Source: a virus. Taken from it: 64,000 nucleotides of DNA. The notes beneath the pieces are model-generated. The model was not told the origin of the DNA and ran no database searches. It saw only the letters and a list, made by a program, of their open reading frames with translations. Positions within the stretch are counted from its first letter, which is position 1. Every line of letters begins with the position of its first letter. Position numbers and translations under genes: made by a program. The DNA lies in IMG/VR virus record IMGVR_UViG_3300030108_004965, positions 127,697 to 191,696 of that record. One strand, written 5' to 3'. Shown piece after piece: positions 28,291-38,500 of this stretch.

Positions 28291-28314
28291 AAAACAAAAC
28301 CCCCAAATAGGGGG
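28291..28314 (-). terminator. Rho-independent terminator
   Basis: Minus strand CCCCC-TATTT-GGGGG-TTTTGTTTT. Confidence 0.75.
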
Positions 28315-28336
28315 CTTGTATTAATAAAATGAAATA

Positions 28337-28453
28337 TTATTTCTTTTTACTGGTTGGTTTTTTAGTAGAAGCTTTTTTAGCGGGTGCTTTTTTGACCTCA
28401 GACTTTTCAGCAGGAGCTTCTTTCTTTTCAACTGTTTTTGTCGTAAAACGCAT
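28337..28453 (-). CDS. 38 aa Lys/Ala-rich histone H1-like peptide (missed by ORF track)
   Basis: MRFTTKTVEKKEAPAEKSEVKKAPAKKASTKKPTSKKK*; AAGGA SD upstream, terminator downstream. Confidence 0.7.
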   Translation of the reverse strand: MRFTTKTVEKKEAPAEKSEVKKAPAKKASTKKPTSKKK

Positions 28454-28521
28454 AATTTTTTTCCTTATTTATCTTGAATAATGTGCAGGGGGAAATGTTC
28501 CCCCCGACACTATACTAAACA

Positions 28522-29094
28522 TTAACCAGCAGAAATATCGGCTGATTTCATACCAATAAAGCGAACAACTAATTGTCCAGCATTAATAGTTGTACTGGCG
28601 CCATCTGTATTGCACAAAAAGATATACTTTCCATCTGGTGATGTAGCAGGCGCCACTACTGCGGCTCCAACTCTTTTAGCATTACAAGCAAAATCATGAT
28701 TTAAATCAACAGGGTTGGTTGGTGCAACATTAATAGCAGCCTCAACATCACCTTGTTTAAGACTACATTGAGTGATAGTAGTTAACGCTTCCATAATGTA
28801 TGTTTCTGTCGATTGCAGAACACCATGTACATCATCTTCCCACTTGAGCAAATGCGCTGATGCTGTGGACGAATGAGTTCCAATTGGACGATCAACAGTT
28901 GCAGATCTGATATCTGTTGTACTAACCCCGAGATCCAAAACGATCTCAGTGATAATAAAAACCCCATCTTTAATAATTCTGTGGCTTATAATGGCTGGTG
29001 AAATGCTCGCACCTGCTTGGTACGAAGTATCAGTACCGGTAGATCCTCTTCTGAGGAGAGCATTTAATCTTTGAGCCCCTATTCTTCTTCCCAT
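28522..29094 (-). CDS. Hypothetical 190 aa protein, probably virion structural (capsid-associated)
   Basis: Arg-rich N-terminus, beta-rich body; directly downstream of MCP with its own late motif and structured leader. Confidence 0.6.
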   Translation of the reverse strand: MGRRIGAQRLNALLRRGSTGTDTSYQAGASISPAIISHRIIKDGVFIITEIVLDLGVSTTDIRSATVDRPIGTHSSTASAHLLKWEDDVHGVLQSTETYIMEALTTITQCSLKQGDVEAAINVAPTNPVDLNHDFACNAKRVGAAVVAPATSPDGKYIFLCNTDGASTTINAGQLVVRFIGMKSADISAG

Positions 29095-29128
29095 AATATT
29101 TTCTCCTTATAAATTATATTATTGCAAT

Positions 29129-29220
29129 AACTTGATTTTAATCAATGATTTATACCAGCGGCCTCGGTATAGATCTTTCTAGGAGCAGCCGCCCCGCCCC
29201 AAGGAGAATAAATCCAAGTT
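29129..29220 (-). ncRNA. Candidate structured RNA (multi-way junction with complementary loops)
   Basis: Ends pair (AACUUGGAUU / AAUCAAGUU); stem CUUGGGGC/GCUCCUAG with loop GGGGCGGCU; stem UAUACCG/UGGUAUA with loop AGGCCGC; the loops can pair (GCGGCU:GGCCGC). It begins 4 nt after the late motif. Confidence 0.55.
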
Positions 29221-29224
29221 ATAA

Positions 29225-29232
29225 TAAATAGT
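29225..29232 (-). promoter_or_regulatory. Late-promoter-like motif ACTATTTA (representative; about 13 copies, see findings)
   Basis: Recurs in short intergenic gaps upstream of structural genes. Confidence 0.6.
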
Positions 29233-29239
29233 TCAAAAC

Positions 29240-29270
29240 AAAAGAAAACCCCCACTCCGAAAAGTGGGGG
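29240..29270 (-). terminator. Rho-independent terminator after MCP
   Basis: Minus strand CCCCCACT-TTTCGG-AGTGGGGG followed by TTTTCTTTT. Confidence 0.85.
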
Positions 29271-29298
29271 CTATCATTTAATTTACCTCAAGGGTGAA

Positions 29299-31125
29299 TT
29301 AGGAAGAACCTTCCTCACCAGCAAGTCCACGAACGATAACAAGACCGTACATATCCGGACGAACCATCTTCTTCGCATAGCGAGTCATTACGCCTTTACG
29401 AGGAACAAAGTCTTCTGGTCCGAAGATTGTAGGTGTAGTCTGTAGCGGTACGTATGGAGCATAGACATATCCACTTTCGAGGAATGAAGAGCCTTTACGA
29501 CCTACTAGGACCACGTTACGTGGGAAGTATGGGTCAACCAAGACGTCAAACTTACGGCTCAAAGAACCTACGTTAACGGCCCCGATGTCGCCTTTGTCAG
29601 CGTCAGCAGTAACATTAGCACGGAAGCCTGCGGTGAATTCAAGAATGTTAGCAACTTCTGGAGAAACAACTACGAAGTTTGCTCCACCACGAAGAGTCTT
29701 TCTGTGGATTTGAGCAGAAACGTCGTTGATAGTTTCAACGAGAGTCTCGTACCATTCAGAAACAGTTCCGGTGAAATCAGGAGCAGCAGAAGCAGCGCCG
29801 AGTTCAAGACCAGTTTCACGGTTCACAAATAGACCCGGAGAACGAGACCAGTAATAAGTAGCAGCATGAGCACCGTTTACAAGATCAGCAAGAATCTCAC
29901 GATCGATCTCAAGAGCAATTTGCTCAGAAAGGATAGAAGTCAACTCTACCTCAGCATCCAAATTGTGGTAAGCGTTCAAGTCTTGACCCAATTCTGGAGT
30001 CCACTTGGCTTTCAATTTCTTGGTTTGTGCTGTGATAGCGCTTGAGTCAACTTTGATATCAATCTCTGGAATTTTTTCGATTCCTTCCATTGCGTATTCG
30101 TATCCCTGAAGACCACCTGCAGGTGCAGTACCAGCAGTAACATCATCTTTAACTGGGAAAATCAAAGAGTCAATTGCCAAACCAGCAGCGCTAAATGCCC
30201 CAGATTGACCTGCTGTGATGTTTGAACCTACAACAACATAACGAATGGCTGCGATTTCATTTGTCAACGATGATCCAGTATCTTTAGCTTGAGTCAAGCG
30301 ACGGATCTGGCCTGTCAAAGTATTAAAGGCACCATCAGCGTCCTGAAGACCACCTGTACCGGTTAGGTTTTTGATGTCAAAAGCCGCGAGATTATCAAGA
30401 TCAGGAGACCCTAACGAAGCACTGTGGCTGGCCTGTGCGATATCAAGAACTCCAACCATAAGAGTTGAATCAGTCACAGACAAGAGGTCTGGGTCGAATT
30501 TGATAAGTTTTTTGTTTGCTGCGGATACGTTGCCATCCAAGGTAAACGTAGAAACCAAGGTTGCCTCAGCTTCTGTTTGACCAATTATTGTTGAATTACT
30601 TCCGCTTGGAGAAGCATAAGCATAACCAACCATTCCACGAGGACCAGATAGGTCGGCTTTAGTAGTAGTGTCAATAAGATCTACACCTTCTTCAATTCCA
30701 GAACCCTTTTTATTAGTACCATAGATAGAAGCATCAGCGTCGTTTCCAAAGCGAGGATCAAGACCACCACCAGAACTTTTTGCATCAGGTGAATACACAA
30801 AGTCAAGGAAGAAGATCAGCCCACTAGGGAGTGACATTGGTTGAACACTAACAAGATCGTTAGCGATAAGTCCGGCGAATACACGACGAACAATTGGAAA
30901 TGCAACGGCAGCGAAACCTTCAACATCTCCAGCAGTCATTGAAGAACTCTCACGAAGAAGTTCTTTTGCTTGGTTTTCCAACAATCGAGCCATGTTGTGC
31001 TTATGATTGTCGCTTTGAAGGCCTTCGAGCAAACCAGTAGCCGACCACTTGTCAAGAAGAGCTTGTCCTTCTTGGGCCATATTACGGCTTACAATACCTT
31101 CGGTTAATTTTTGTACAATAGACAT
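29299..31125 (-). CDS. Major capsid protein (T4 gp23-like)
   Basis: AFPIVRRVF..LIANDLVSVQPMSLPSGLIFFLDF, KLKAKWTPELGQDLNAYH.LDAE.EL..ILSE.IALEIDREIL, YAPYVPLQ, KGVMTRYAKKMVRP. Confidence 0.97.
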   Translation of the reverse strand: MSIVQKLTEGIVSRNMAQEGQALLDKWSATGLLEGLQSDNHKHNMARLLENQAKELLRESSSMTAGDVEGFAAVAFPIVRRVFAGLIANDLVSVQPMSLPSGLIFFLDFVYSPDAKSSGGGLDPRFGNDADASIYGTNKKGSGIEEGVDLIDTTTKADLSGPRGMVGYAYASPSGSNSTIIGQTEAEATLVSTFTLDGNVSAANKKLIKFDPDLLSVTDSTLMVGVLDIAQASHSASLGSPDLDNLAAFDIKNLTGTGGLQDADGAFNTLTGQIRRLTQAKDTGSSLTNEIAAIRYVVVGSNITAGQSGAFSAAGLAIDSLIFPVKDDVTAGTAPAGGLQGYEYAMEGIEKIPEIDIKVDSSAITAQTKKLKAKWTPELGQDLNAYHNLDAEVELTSILSEQIALEIDREILADLVNGAHAATYYWSRSPGLFVNRETGLELGAASAAPDFTGTVSEWYETLVETINDVSAQIHRKTLRGGANFVVVSPEVANILEFTAGFRANVTADADKGDIGAVNVGSLSRKFDVLVDPYFPRNVVLVGRKGSSFLESGYVYAPYVPLQTTPTIFGPEDFVPRKGVMTRYAKKMVRPDMYGLVIVRGLAGEEGSS

Positions 31126-31145
31126 TATTTTAACCTCCTTATATG

Positions 31146-32354
31146 TTATTTAATGCCTGCAAGTTTCTGCATTTTCTTTATAAAAGAATCATCAGAATTC
31201 TTGCGTTCGTTTAAGTTTTGTCCCCGGTTAAGCATACCAGACAAGTTCGATCTACGATTAACGGTTTCGCTCAGTGATTGTGGACCCTTTTTGTTGTCGG
31301 ATCCCACTGTCGTCCTTAATGTTTCATGAAGTTGCTTGGCCTCTTTGGGAGACTCCGCGTTTGCGATGGCTTCGACAATTTTTGACTTTTGTCGCTCATT
31401 CAAGGAGGCATCATTTAAAGTGCGGTTTTGGTAGAGAAGTTTTGCGTTTGAAAGCAAAGTCTCTTCTAACTTATCGTTTAATTTGTAAACGATTGACTCA
31501 AGTTTTTCGTTTTGAGTCATAAGTAATTCGATTGTTTCTTGAAGTTTGGAAGTTTCATCTTCTTCCTCTTCTTCATCTTCTTCGTCATGAGCGTCATGTG
31601 CTTCTTGTTTTAGTTCTTCGTATTCCAAAGTGGCTTCATTTGTTTGAAATGTACCATCCTTTTGGTGGCTCATGTCGACCGTGATCTTTTCTTCGATCAC
31701 ATCAGTTTCATATTCTTCTAATAAATCTAGTAATTCTTGTAGTGGCTGTTCGGCGTCTTCTTGTTCTTCGTCCTCTTCTCCTCCGAGATCAAGACCGCCA
31801 AGAAGATCTTCTTCTGCTTCGACCTCTGGTGCGATGTCGTCACCAATTGAAAACATATCATCTTCTGGCATTGGGGTATCATCCTTTGCCATTTGATCTT
31901 CAAGTTCTCCAAGATCGATTGTGATGTCGCCTTCAATGTCATCAATCCTCAAGTCTAAGGTAACTGGTTCATCTTCCGAAACTCCGGGGTCTGATGCTAG
32001 TGGAGCAACAATATTGGTCAAGTCACCTTCACCACCAGCGTCCGTTGCCATGTCGGCTTCTTCTTCGTTTAAAAGATCATCAGCGGAAGCATGTTCTAAG
32101 TCTGCTTCTTTGACCATAAAAGGCTTGCCTCCTGCCTCAGAAACGGTAACATTACCGTCGTCATCTGCTTCATGAACAATAGACACGATCCGACCTTCAT
32201 ATTTCATCGTGGTGGGCGTGTCCTCCAACATTGTTTTGACGGCCTCTTTAATTTGAGGTGCATATTTTTCAATCAGCGACTGTTCCGCATTTTTCAACGC
32301 AGCCTCACGAAGCGCTGCAGCATCAATGATGGCTTGTTCTAACATGCTCGACAT
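31146..32354 (-). CDS. Prohead core scaffold protein (gp22-like)
   Basis: Highly acidic and coiled-coil, many (L/I)-x-E sites, LLSNAKLLYQN, C-terminal MQKLAGIK; immediately upstream of MCP. Confidence 0.8.
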   Translation of the reverse strand: MSSMLEQAIIDAAALREAALKNAEQSLIEKYAPQIKEAVKTMLEDTPTTMKYEGRIVSIVHEADDDGNVTVSEAGGKPFMVKEADLEHASADDLLNEEEADMATDAGGEGDLTNIVAPLASDPGVSEDEPVTLDLRIDDIEGDITIDLGELEDQMAKDDTPMPEDDMFSIGDDIAPEVEAEEDLLGGLDLGGEEDEEQEDAEQPLQELLDLLEEYETDVIEEKITVDMSHQKDGTFQTNEATLEYEELKQEAHDAHDEEDEEEEEDETSKLQETIELLMTQNEKLESIVYKLNDKLEETLLSNAKLLYQNRTLNDASLNERQKSKIVEAIANAESPKEAKQLHETLRTTVGSDNKKGPQSLSETVNRRSNLSGMLNRGQNLNERKNSDDSFIKKMQKLAGIK

Positions 32355-32424
32355 TCATTCATCTCCTAGAAATAATATTATTCCTAATAAATAGTGTTCT
32401 TGTCAAGAAAAGGAATAAATGCGT

Positions 32425-33183
32425 TTAGTAAGATTCGTTCGAGAAAGTAATTGTTGCTGGTGATGAGTGCGAGGTGGCTGTCGCGACGATCGTTCCTCTG
32501 ACGTACCAATAGGTGCCATCGGAATAAAAGTCTATGTCTGATCCCTGAAGAGCATTATCAAGTGTAATAGTGTTTTTCGAACCTTCGCTAGCGCCACCAA
32601 TAAAAGTGTGGGCTGCAGAACCAATATAAGATGTTGGATCACCATCATATCCAGTGTCCGTATCTCCACCAAAAGAAACTCTGTATAGCAGGCCAAAAAT
32701 CTTTTGAGAACTTTGTTTGGTTCTGAATATTATATTATGATTAATAGCATTTGATACTAGTACAAATTTGATTTTAAAATTTGCTTCTGGGGCTGGTAGT
32801 GTATACGTCGCATTACTAGACAGTGGTGTTATCAAAATTGTATCTCTGTTGTTTGATGATGCGAGAGATAAGCTTGCTGACTCTGTTATTACATTCTCAG
32901 AAACATTACTTCCTCCACCACCGCCAGATTCATTTTCCCAAGTGACAACTCCACTTCCATTTGTTTTTAAAACTTGATTGTTGCTCCCATCAGTGGTTGG
33001 GAATGTAAATGCTTCATTGAAAGTTATAGCGCCGGAAGAACCTGAGACTTTAAATCTTGTTGATCCACCTGTTTCAAGTTTTATCTGGTCGTCTTCAAAA
33101 TCAATTTTGGTATCTCGGTCTGAATCGTCTGCTCCAATGATATCTCCTAAGATCCTTTTACCTTTCGAATATAAATATGACAT
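32425..33183 (-). CDS. Fibre/decoration-like virion protein
   Basis: FTFPTTDGSNNQVLKTNGSGVVTW fibre motif and C-terminal TYTLPA...DFYSDGTYWYV domain; start at ATG 33183 with GGAG SD (track start 33342 looks over-extended). Confidence 0.6.
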   Translation of the reverse strand: MSYLYSKGKRILGDIIGADDSDRDTKIDFEDDQIKLETGGSTRFKVSGSSGAITFNEAFTFPTTDGSNNQVLKTNGSGVVTWENESGGGGGSNVSENVITESASLSLASSNNRDTILITPLSSNATYTLPAPEANFKIKFVLVSNAINHNIIFRTKQSSQKIFGLLYRVSFGGDTDTGYDGDPTSYIGSAAHTFIGGASEGSKNTITLDNALQGSDIDFYSDGTYWYVRGTIVATATSHSSPATITFSNESY

Positions 33184-33213
33184 AACTTTCTCCTCCAAAT
33201 AAATAGCAAACAC

Positions 33214-33247
33214 AAAAGAAAAACGACCACCCCGTGGGGTGGCCGTC
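33214..33247 (-). terminator. Rho-independent terminator
   Basis: Minus strand GACGGCCACCCC-AC-GGGGTGGTCGT followed by TTTTCTTTT. Confidence 0.75.
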
Positions 33248-33286
33248 CAAGAATAAACTTGTTGTTGAGAAAGTAGTAACCAAAGA

Positions 33287-35413
33287 TTACACGATCGCCC
33301 AACCATTAGAATCATCAATATAAACCATAGAAACAGCAGCAAAACTTAATTCAAGTTTGATAGTGTCTTCGCCATCCATCTGTTTATTGTGAGAACCATG
33401 CTTGTTGATAGTAATTTTTTGACCAGAATTCAAAGTCATTGCTTTGATAATAACAAGATCACCAGCATCAGCATCAGCAGGCATTGTAACAGTAACGTTA
33501 GTGTTACCAGTATACACATTGTATCCTTCTTCAGCAGTGTGAGCACCACTGAAGGTTGACATTGCATTTGAAGTAACTTCAAGTTTCTTGCTGGAGCTAT
33601 TTACAGTTAAACCAGCACCTGCAAGAAGAGCAGAGAAGTCCGCAAAGGCTTCTGACTTAAGGCTAGAACCATCATTAAAAACAATCGAGTGAGCGTTTGT
33701 CATTGTATCATCAGCAAAACCAGTAAGTTGGTTAAGTTCAGTAGCACTAGTAGTAACAAGAGTACCACCTAATTTAAGACCATTAGTGGCATCATGAGAT
33801 GCGATGTCAAAATCGTATGTACCATCTTTAACAGTAATGTGACCTGCTCCGGCAAGTGTAATCAAGTCTTTAATAGAGTCCGGGCCGATTGTTGAACCGT
33901 CATCTACCTTAAGAGATCCACACTCAATCTCACCGGTGAAAGAAGCATCACCAGATCCAGAAAGACGAATCTTAAGAGTTTCTGCTAACATGATATCGAG
34001 TCTTGGGCTATCATTTTTTTGTCTCAAGTCAATTGAGCCATTAGAGCCACTGATCATTACTCTTGAACTGTTAGAATTTCCGAAAAGATTTCTGAAACCA
34101 ACAAGGTCAACGTTATCGTCAAAAATTGCTGCTTTTCCGCCTTGGGCAGTACCCGCAGTAGTTACTTTCACTCTGTTCAATTCAGCAGCAGTTGCTTGGA
34201 CAAGGGCTCCGCCTAGTTTAAGACCATTGGTGCCATCATGAGCAGCAATGTCAAAATCGTATGCACCATCTTTAATAGTAATGTCACCAGCACCAGCAAG
34301 TGTAATCAAGTCTGTAACAGAATCAGGGCCAATCGTAGAACCATCATCTACAGCCAAAGATTTAAGAGCAGTATCACCATCAGCATCAACAGTGAAGCCA
34401 GTCATTGTAATTGTTCCCATTGTAAGATCACCAGATCCGTCAACAGAAGTTGCACCAGCAATTGCACCAGCAGCGCTAATACCACCACTTTGGAGTGCCA
34501 AAGAGGTACCAGCAAGAGCGTCGAACGTTCCAGCAGCACCAGAAACGATACCTTCAATGGTAGCGTTTGAAGAAGCAGCAATGGTAGTGACACCAGTTAC
34601 TGCACCGGCAATAGCAAGAGATGCATTTCCAAGAGTTAAAAGATCTGAATCTGCAGCAGTACCAATAGTGGAAGCATTTTTTAGTTGAAGACCATTATCG
34701 TTAATTTCTAAAATATTAACCTCATCAACATCAAACTTCATTTTACCAGCGTGAGCACTAGATCCATCAGTTTTAGTGATGAATGAAACTGATCCTACTT
34801 CTTGATTTGCATCTCCATATTTAGCCTCGATTACCAAGGCCTCTGTTGCAGCAGAACCAAGTGAAATAGTAGGGTTTCCACCATTCACTGCGTTATACAT
34901 TGTAAGATCACCAGCGGCGATGTTAGTAGTTGCGTCTGCTTTACCTATAGTTGCAAGTTCTGTGAGACTATCAATTGCGGCTTCTATTGTTGCTTCTGAT
35001 GTAGCATCAAGAGAAGCAATATTTTTAAGTTGACGAGCAGAAGAAACGATTTCTGTTCCACCAACACCAAAACCACCAAGAGCATCAACGGTTCCCTCGG
35101 CATCAAAATTGAAACCGCTAATACCAGCAGAGCCCGAAACAGAAACTGCTACAAGAGCCCCTGTTGAAGTCAAGTTACCAACGTTAGCAATGTCGCGAGA
35201 TCCATCAACAACAAGTGCTTTACCTGCTTGAGCAGATCCTGCTAGAGCAGATCCGCCATTAACATCAAGAACTTCTAATTCCGCAGCCGTCAACTCGGCA
35301 GAACCGATAGACAATGTAGAACCAGATAAATTCTCGCTTTTTGCTCTAATTTGTCCATCGGCGGTGATAGCGCCGTTGAACTGCATAGCAGCATTCGAAA
35401 AGTTATAAGACAT
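33287..35413 (-). CDS. Fibre-like virion protein with internal duplication
   Basis: Gly/Ala/Ser/Thr-rich; two copies of VDDGSTIGPDS..DLITLAGAG.IT.KDG.YDFDIA.HD.TNGLKLGG.LV...A.ELN; start at ATG 35413 with GGAGG SD. Confidence 0.65.
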   Translation of the reverse strand: MSYNFSNAAMQFNGAITADGQIRAKSENLSGSTLSIGSAELTAAELEVLDVNGGSALAGSAQAGKALVVDGSRDIANVGNLTSTGALVAVSVSGSAGISGFNFDAEGTVDALGGFGVGGTEIVSSARQLKNIASLDATSEATIEAAIDSLTELATIGKADATTNIAAGDLTMYNAVNGGNPTISLGSAATEALVIEAKYGDANQEVGSVSFITKTDGSSAHAGKMKFDVDEVNILEINDNGLQLKNASTIGTAADSDLLTLGNASLAIAGAVTGVTTIAASSNATIEGIVSGAAGTFDALAGTSLALQSGGISAAGAIAGATSVDGSGDLTMGTITMTGFTVDADGDTALKSLAVDDGSTIGPDSVTDLITLAGAGDITIKDGAYDFDIAAHDGTNGLKLGGALVQATAAELNRVKVTTAGTAQGGKAAIFDDNVDLVGFRNLFGNSNSSRVMISGSNGSIDLRQKNDSPRLDIMLAETLKIRLSGSGDASFTGEIECGSLKVDDGSTIGPDSIKDLITLAGAGHITVKDGTYDFDIASHDATNGLKLGGTLVTTSATELNQLTGFADDTMTNAHSIVFNDGSSLKSEAFADFSALLAGAGLTVNSSSKKLEVTSNAMSTFSGAHTAEEGYNVYTGNTNVTVTMPADADAGDLVIIKAMTLNSGQKITINKHGSHNKQMDGEDTIKLELSFAAVSMVYIDDSNGWAIV

Positions 35414-35577
35414 ATTTTTATTCCTCCAAAAATTATGTTTTTTATTACGTAAAAACGTAGAGGATCTCGGGTATACCGGCATCCTCGATAGATAAATAGT
35501 TTAAGGAAATCAAAAAAAACCGACCAAAATACTTATTTTTTGCCAAGATACTATTGGGTGCTTTAAAATCAATACTT

Positions 35578-38500
35578 TTAGAAAATAAAATATTTACTAG
35601 CGCCATCTGTATAAATGCTGACAGATGCAAATGAACTGGGTATGGTAATTTCCCCTACACCATCAATAGTTTCCCCAGCAGAGGCGGACACAGTGAATGT
35701 ATGCGACGCTGCTGTTCCGCCTTCATCTTTAATTGTGAACGTTTGACCATTTGGCAAGGAAGCAGCGGCAATTAATGTTATTTTGACGTTCCCTGCTGCA
35801 TTTATTCCAATATAATAATCATCAACAGCCAACGTTGTGTCACCAGAGATCACTCTTCTGTTTCTGGTTTCAATACCCGGCGCGGCAGACGAGGTCAATA
35901 TAACATTGTTACTAGAATCTAGCGCTAAATACTTTGTTGTCACCCCGGTGCCTGTGGCCAATCCAGTAATTTGTAAACTATTGTCAATTTTTGTCTTTCC
36001 TCCAGAACCTGAAAGAACAAGGAATCCAGAAGAATCTGTGGATAAATCAGAAAACACATTAGCAGATACCCCAAAAACATATTTGGAATATGAAACTCTA
36101 AATTGTTTCCCTGTATCTAAAACCTCTAATGTTTTTTGTGGGTCAACTCTCCCAATGCCCACCCTATCGTTTGTGGAATCAACTTTTAAAGTATCCGTGT
36201 CCACTGTTAGATCACCAGTGATAGATAAGGTTCCCAGTGTCCCAAGCGATGTTACGTTTGGTTGTGCGGCTGTTGATAAAGTACCTGCGACATTTGTAGC
36301 GGTAAGCGTATTTACACCTGAGATGTTACCTCCTTTGATCGTGGCGGTGCCATCTGTTACGGCAGAGGAAGTTAATTCCGTGAAGCGACCCAATGATGAA
36401 GAAACAGCAACAGACGCGGTTAATTCACCTGAGACAACTGTGTGTTGTGTTGGTAGAGTACCTAAGAAACTTGAACCAGAAATACGGACATCGGATGATG
36501 CAGTCAGATAATTGCCCGATGGTTTTATAGTCAAATCACCAGAATGTGTTGCGGTGAATTGAGCATCATTTAATCTTAACAGGGTCTGACTTGATGATGA
36601 AACATGTAGTTTTGCTTCTGGAAAGGGTAGTCCCATGCCTATTCTGTTATTGTCCGAGTCCATCACAAAGGTGTCGCCATCCCAGTTCAAACCATTCATT
36701 ACAGTTCCGGAGGCTGCATTAAAGATTACAGTGTCCTCGGCATCTTGGCCAAAAGTAATATTATCAGCGGTAACAATGAACTCACTCACCTTTGCGTGTA
36801 GGGAGCCTGTTATTTCAAGATTACCACCAATCCTAACATTGCCGTCTACATCCAACATACGACTTGGAGACTCAGTTCCTATACCAACTCTTTGAGCAGT
36901 TCCACTTAAAATCAAATAACCTTGACCTGTTGTGTATAGATCAGAGTGAACTGCGTCGACCCCCAATGAGGCCTTGGTATGAGTTAGTCTTAGTTGTCGA
37001 TCTGTATCGAGAACGTCTAATTTTTTTTCTGGGTCGGTTCTTCCAATGCCTACTTTATTTGAAGTTGAGTTGACCTTGAGCGTATTGGTGTCGACAGTGA
37101 CATCACCTCCAACAGTTAGGCTGGTTAAGGTCCCAAGTGATGTTACATTTGGTTGTGCTGCTGTTGATAGAGTGCCTCCTAGGCTGGTGGCATTTACATT
37201 TGTGGCCGTTAAGGTACCAACCGAACTTATGTTGCCTCCTGTAATCTTTGCTGTTCCATCTGTAAGGGTGCTGCCCGTGATGCTTCCTGTTACGCCTAGG
37301 TTCTGCGTTATGATTGTATTACCAACTACGTGTAGTTTTTCTTCTGGATTTGTGGTTGCAATCCCGACGTTTCCTCCGTTATCGATAACCATTCTGTCGC
37401 CGACACCAGCAACACGGAAAGCTAGCATATTATTAGCATGGTGATATGCAATCTTTCCAACATCTTGATCTTGGTAATCTCCAAAACTGATGGTTGATGA
37501 TCCTCCTGTTGCACCCAGAATAGTGATGTTCGCTTCGTCATTCACATTGTTTCTCTGAAAGAGAGCGACGGTTGGACCATCAACAGTTGGAAGGTTACCC
37601 TCACCTGATCTTTCAACAACATGAAGTTCAGTCTGTGGATTTGGTATTCCGATACCAATTCTATTATTTGCACTATCTAATACCCAAGTGTTTGAGTCCA
37701 AATTCAATCCATTAGGAGCAGAACCAGATGACGCATTAAAAGTTAGTTGGTCTGTTTTGCTATCACCAAAGACGATGTTGTTGGCTGACACAACAAAGTC
37801 AGTGACTCGGGCACTCAGAGTACCTGTCACTTCTAGGTTTCCTCCAACTCTGACATTCCCATCTACATCAAGCATACGAGTTGGTGATGTTGTCCCAATG
37901 CCAACTCTCTGCCCAGAAGACGATAAGATCAAATAACCATCACTGTTTGTTTTAAAGTCTGTGTGGACATTTGATTCCAAAAATGGTATGTGCTTAGAGT
38001 AAGTCAATCTTAGTTGATCGTTTTTATCATATACCTCCAGTCTTTTCTCGGGACTGTTTGTTCCGACCCCGACTCTTTCGTTCGATGAAGACACAAACAA
38101 TGCAGACGCTGATAGGTCACCTGATACGTTCAGTGCGGTAAGTGTTCCTAGTGATGTGACATTTGGCTGCGCAGCAGTTGTCAAAGTGCCCCCAAGACTC
38201 GTAGCAGAGACTGTAGTGGCGTTGACAGTTATTATGTTACCTGTTGTTGAGTCTATAGAGGAACCAGAGATCCTAGACCCTGTGAGTTCTGTGAATTGTC
38301 CTACCGATGAAGACACTCCGACAGAAGAGGATAGATCGCCAGTAACCACAAGGGTAGAGCCGTCAAAAGTTAAGTTAGCCTCAGCGTTGATGCCAGAGGG
38401 ATCTATGCTCGTTATGATTCTGTTGTTTGCAGCGTTGGTGTATTCTTTTATCTCTCCACCCGGTGATGATGTTAGAAACAGATTGTTGTCAGATCCAAGA

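Noticed and set aside
36240-38200. Recurring roughly 40 bp DNA repeats as a possible diversity-generating retroelement template/variable repeat pair
   Set aside because: They are in-frame protein repeats differing mainly at synonymous positions, without adenine-specific variation, and no reverse transcriptase is present in the window.
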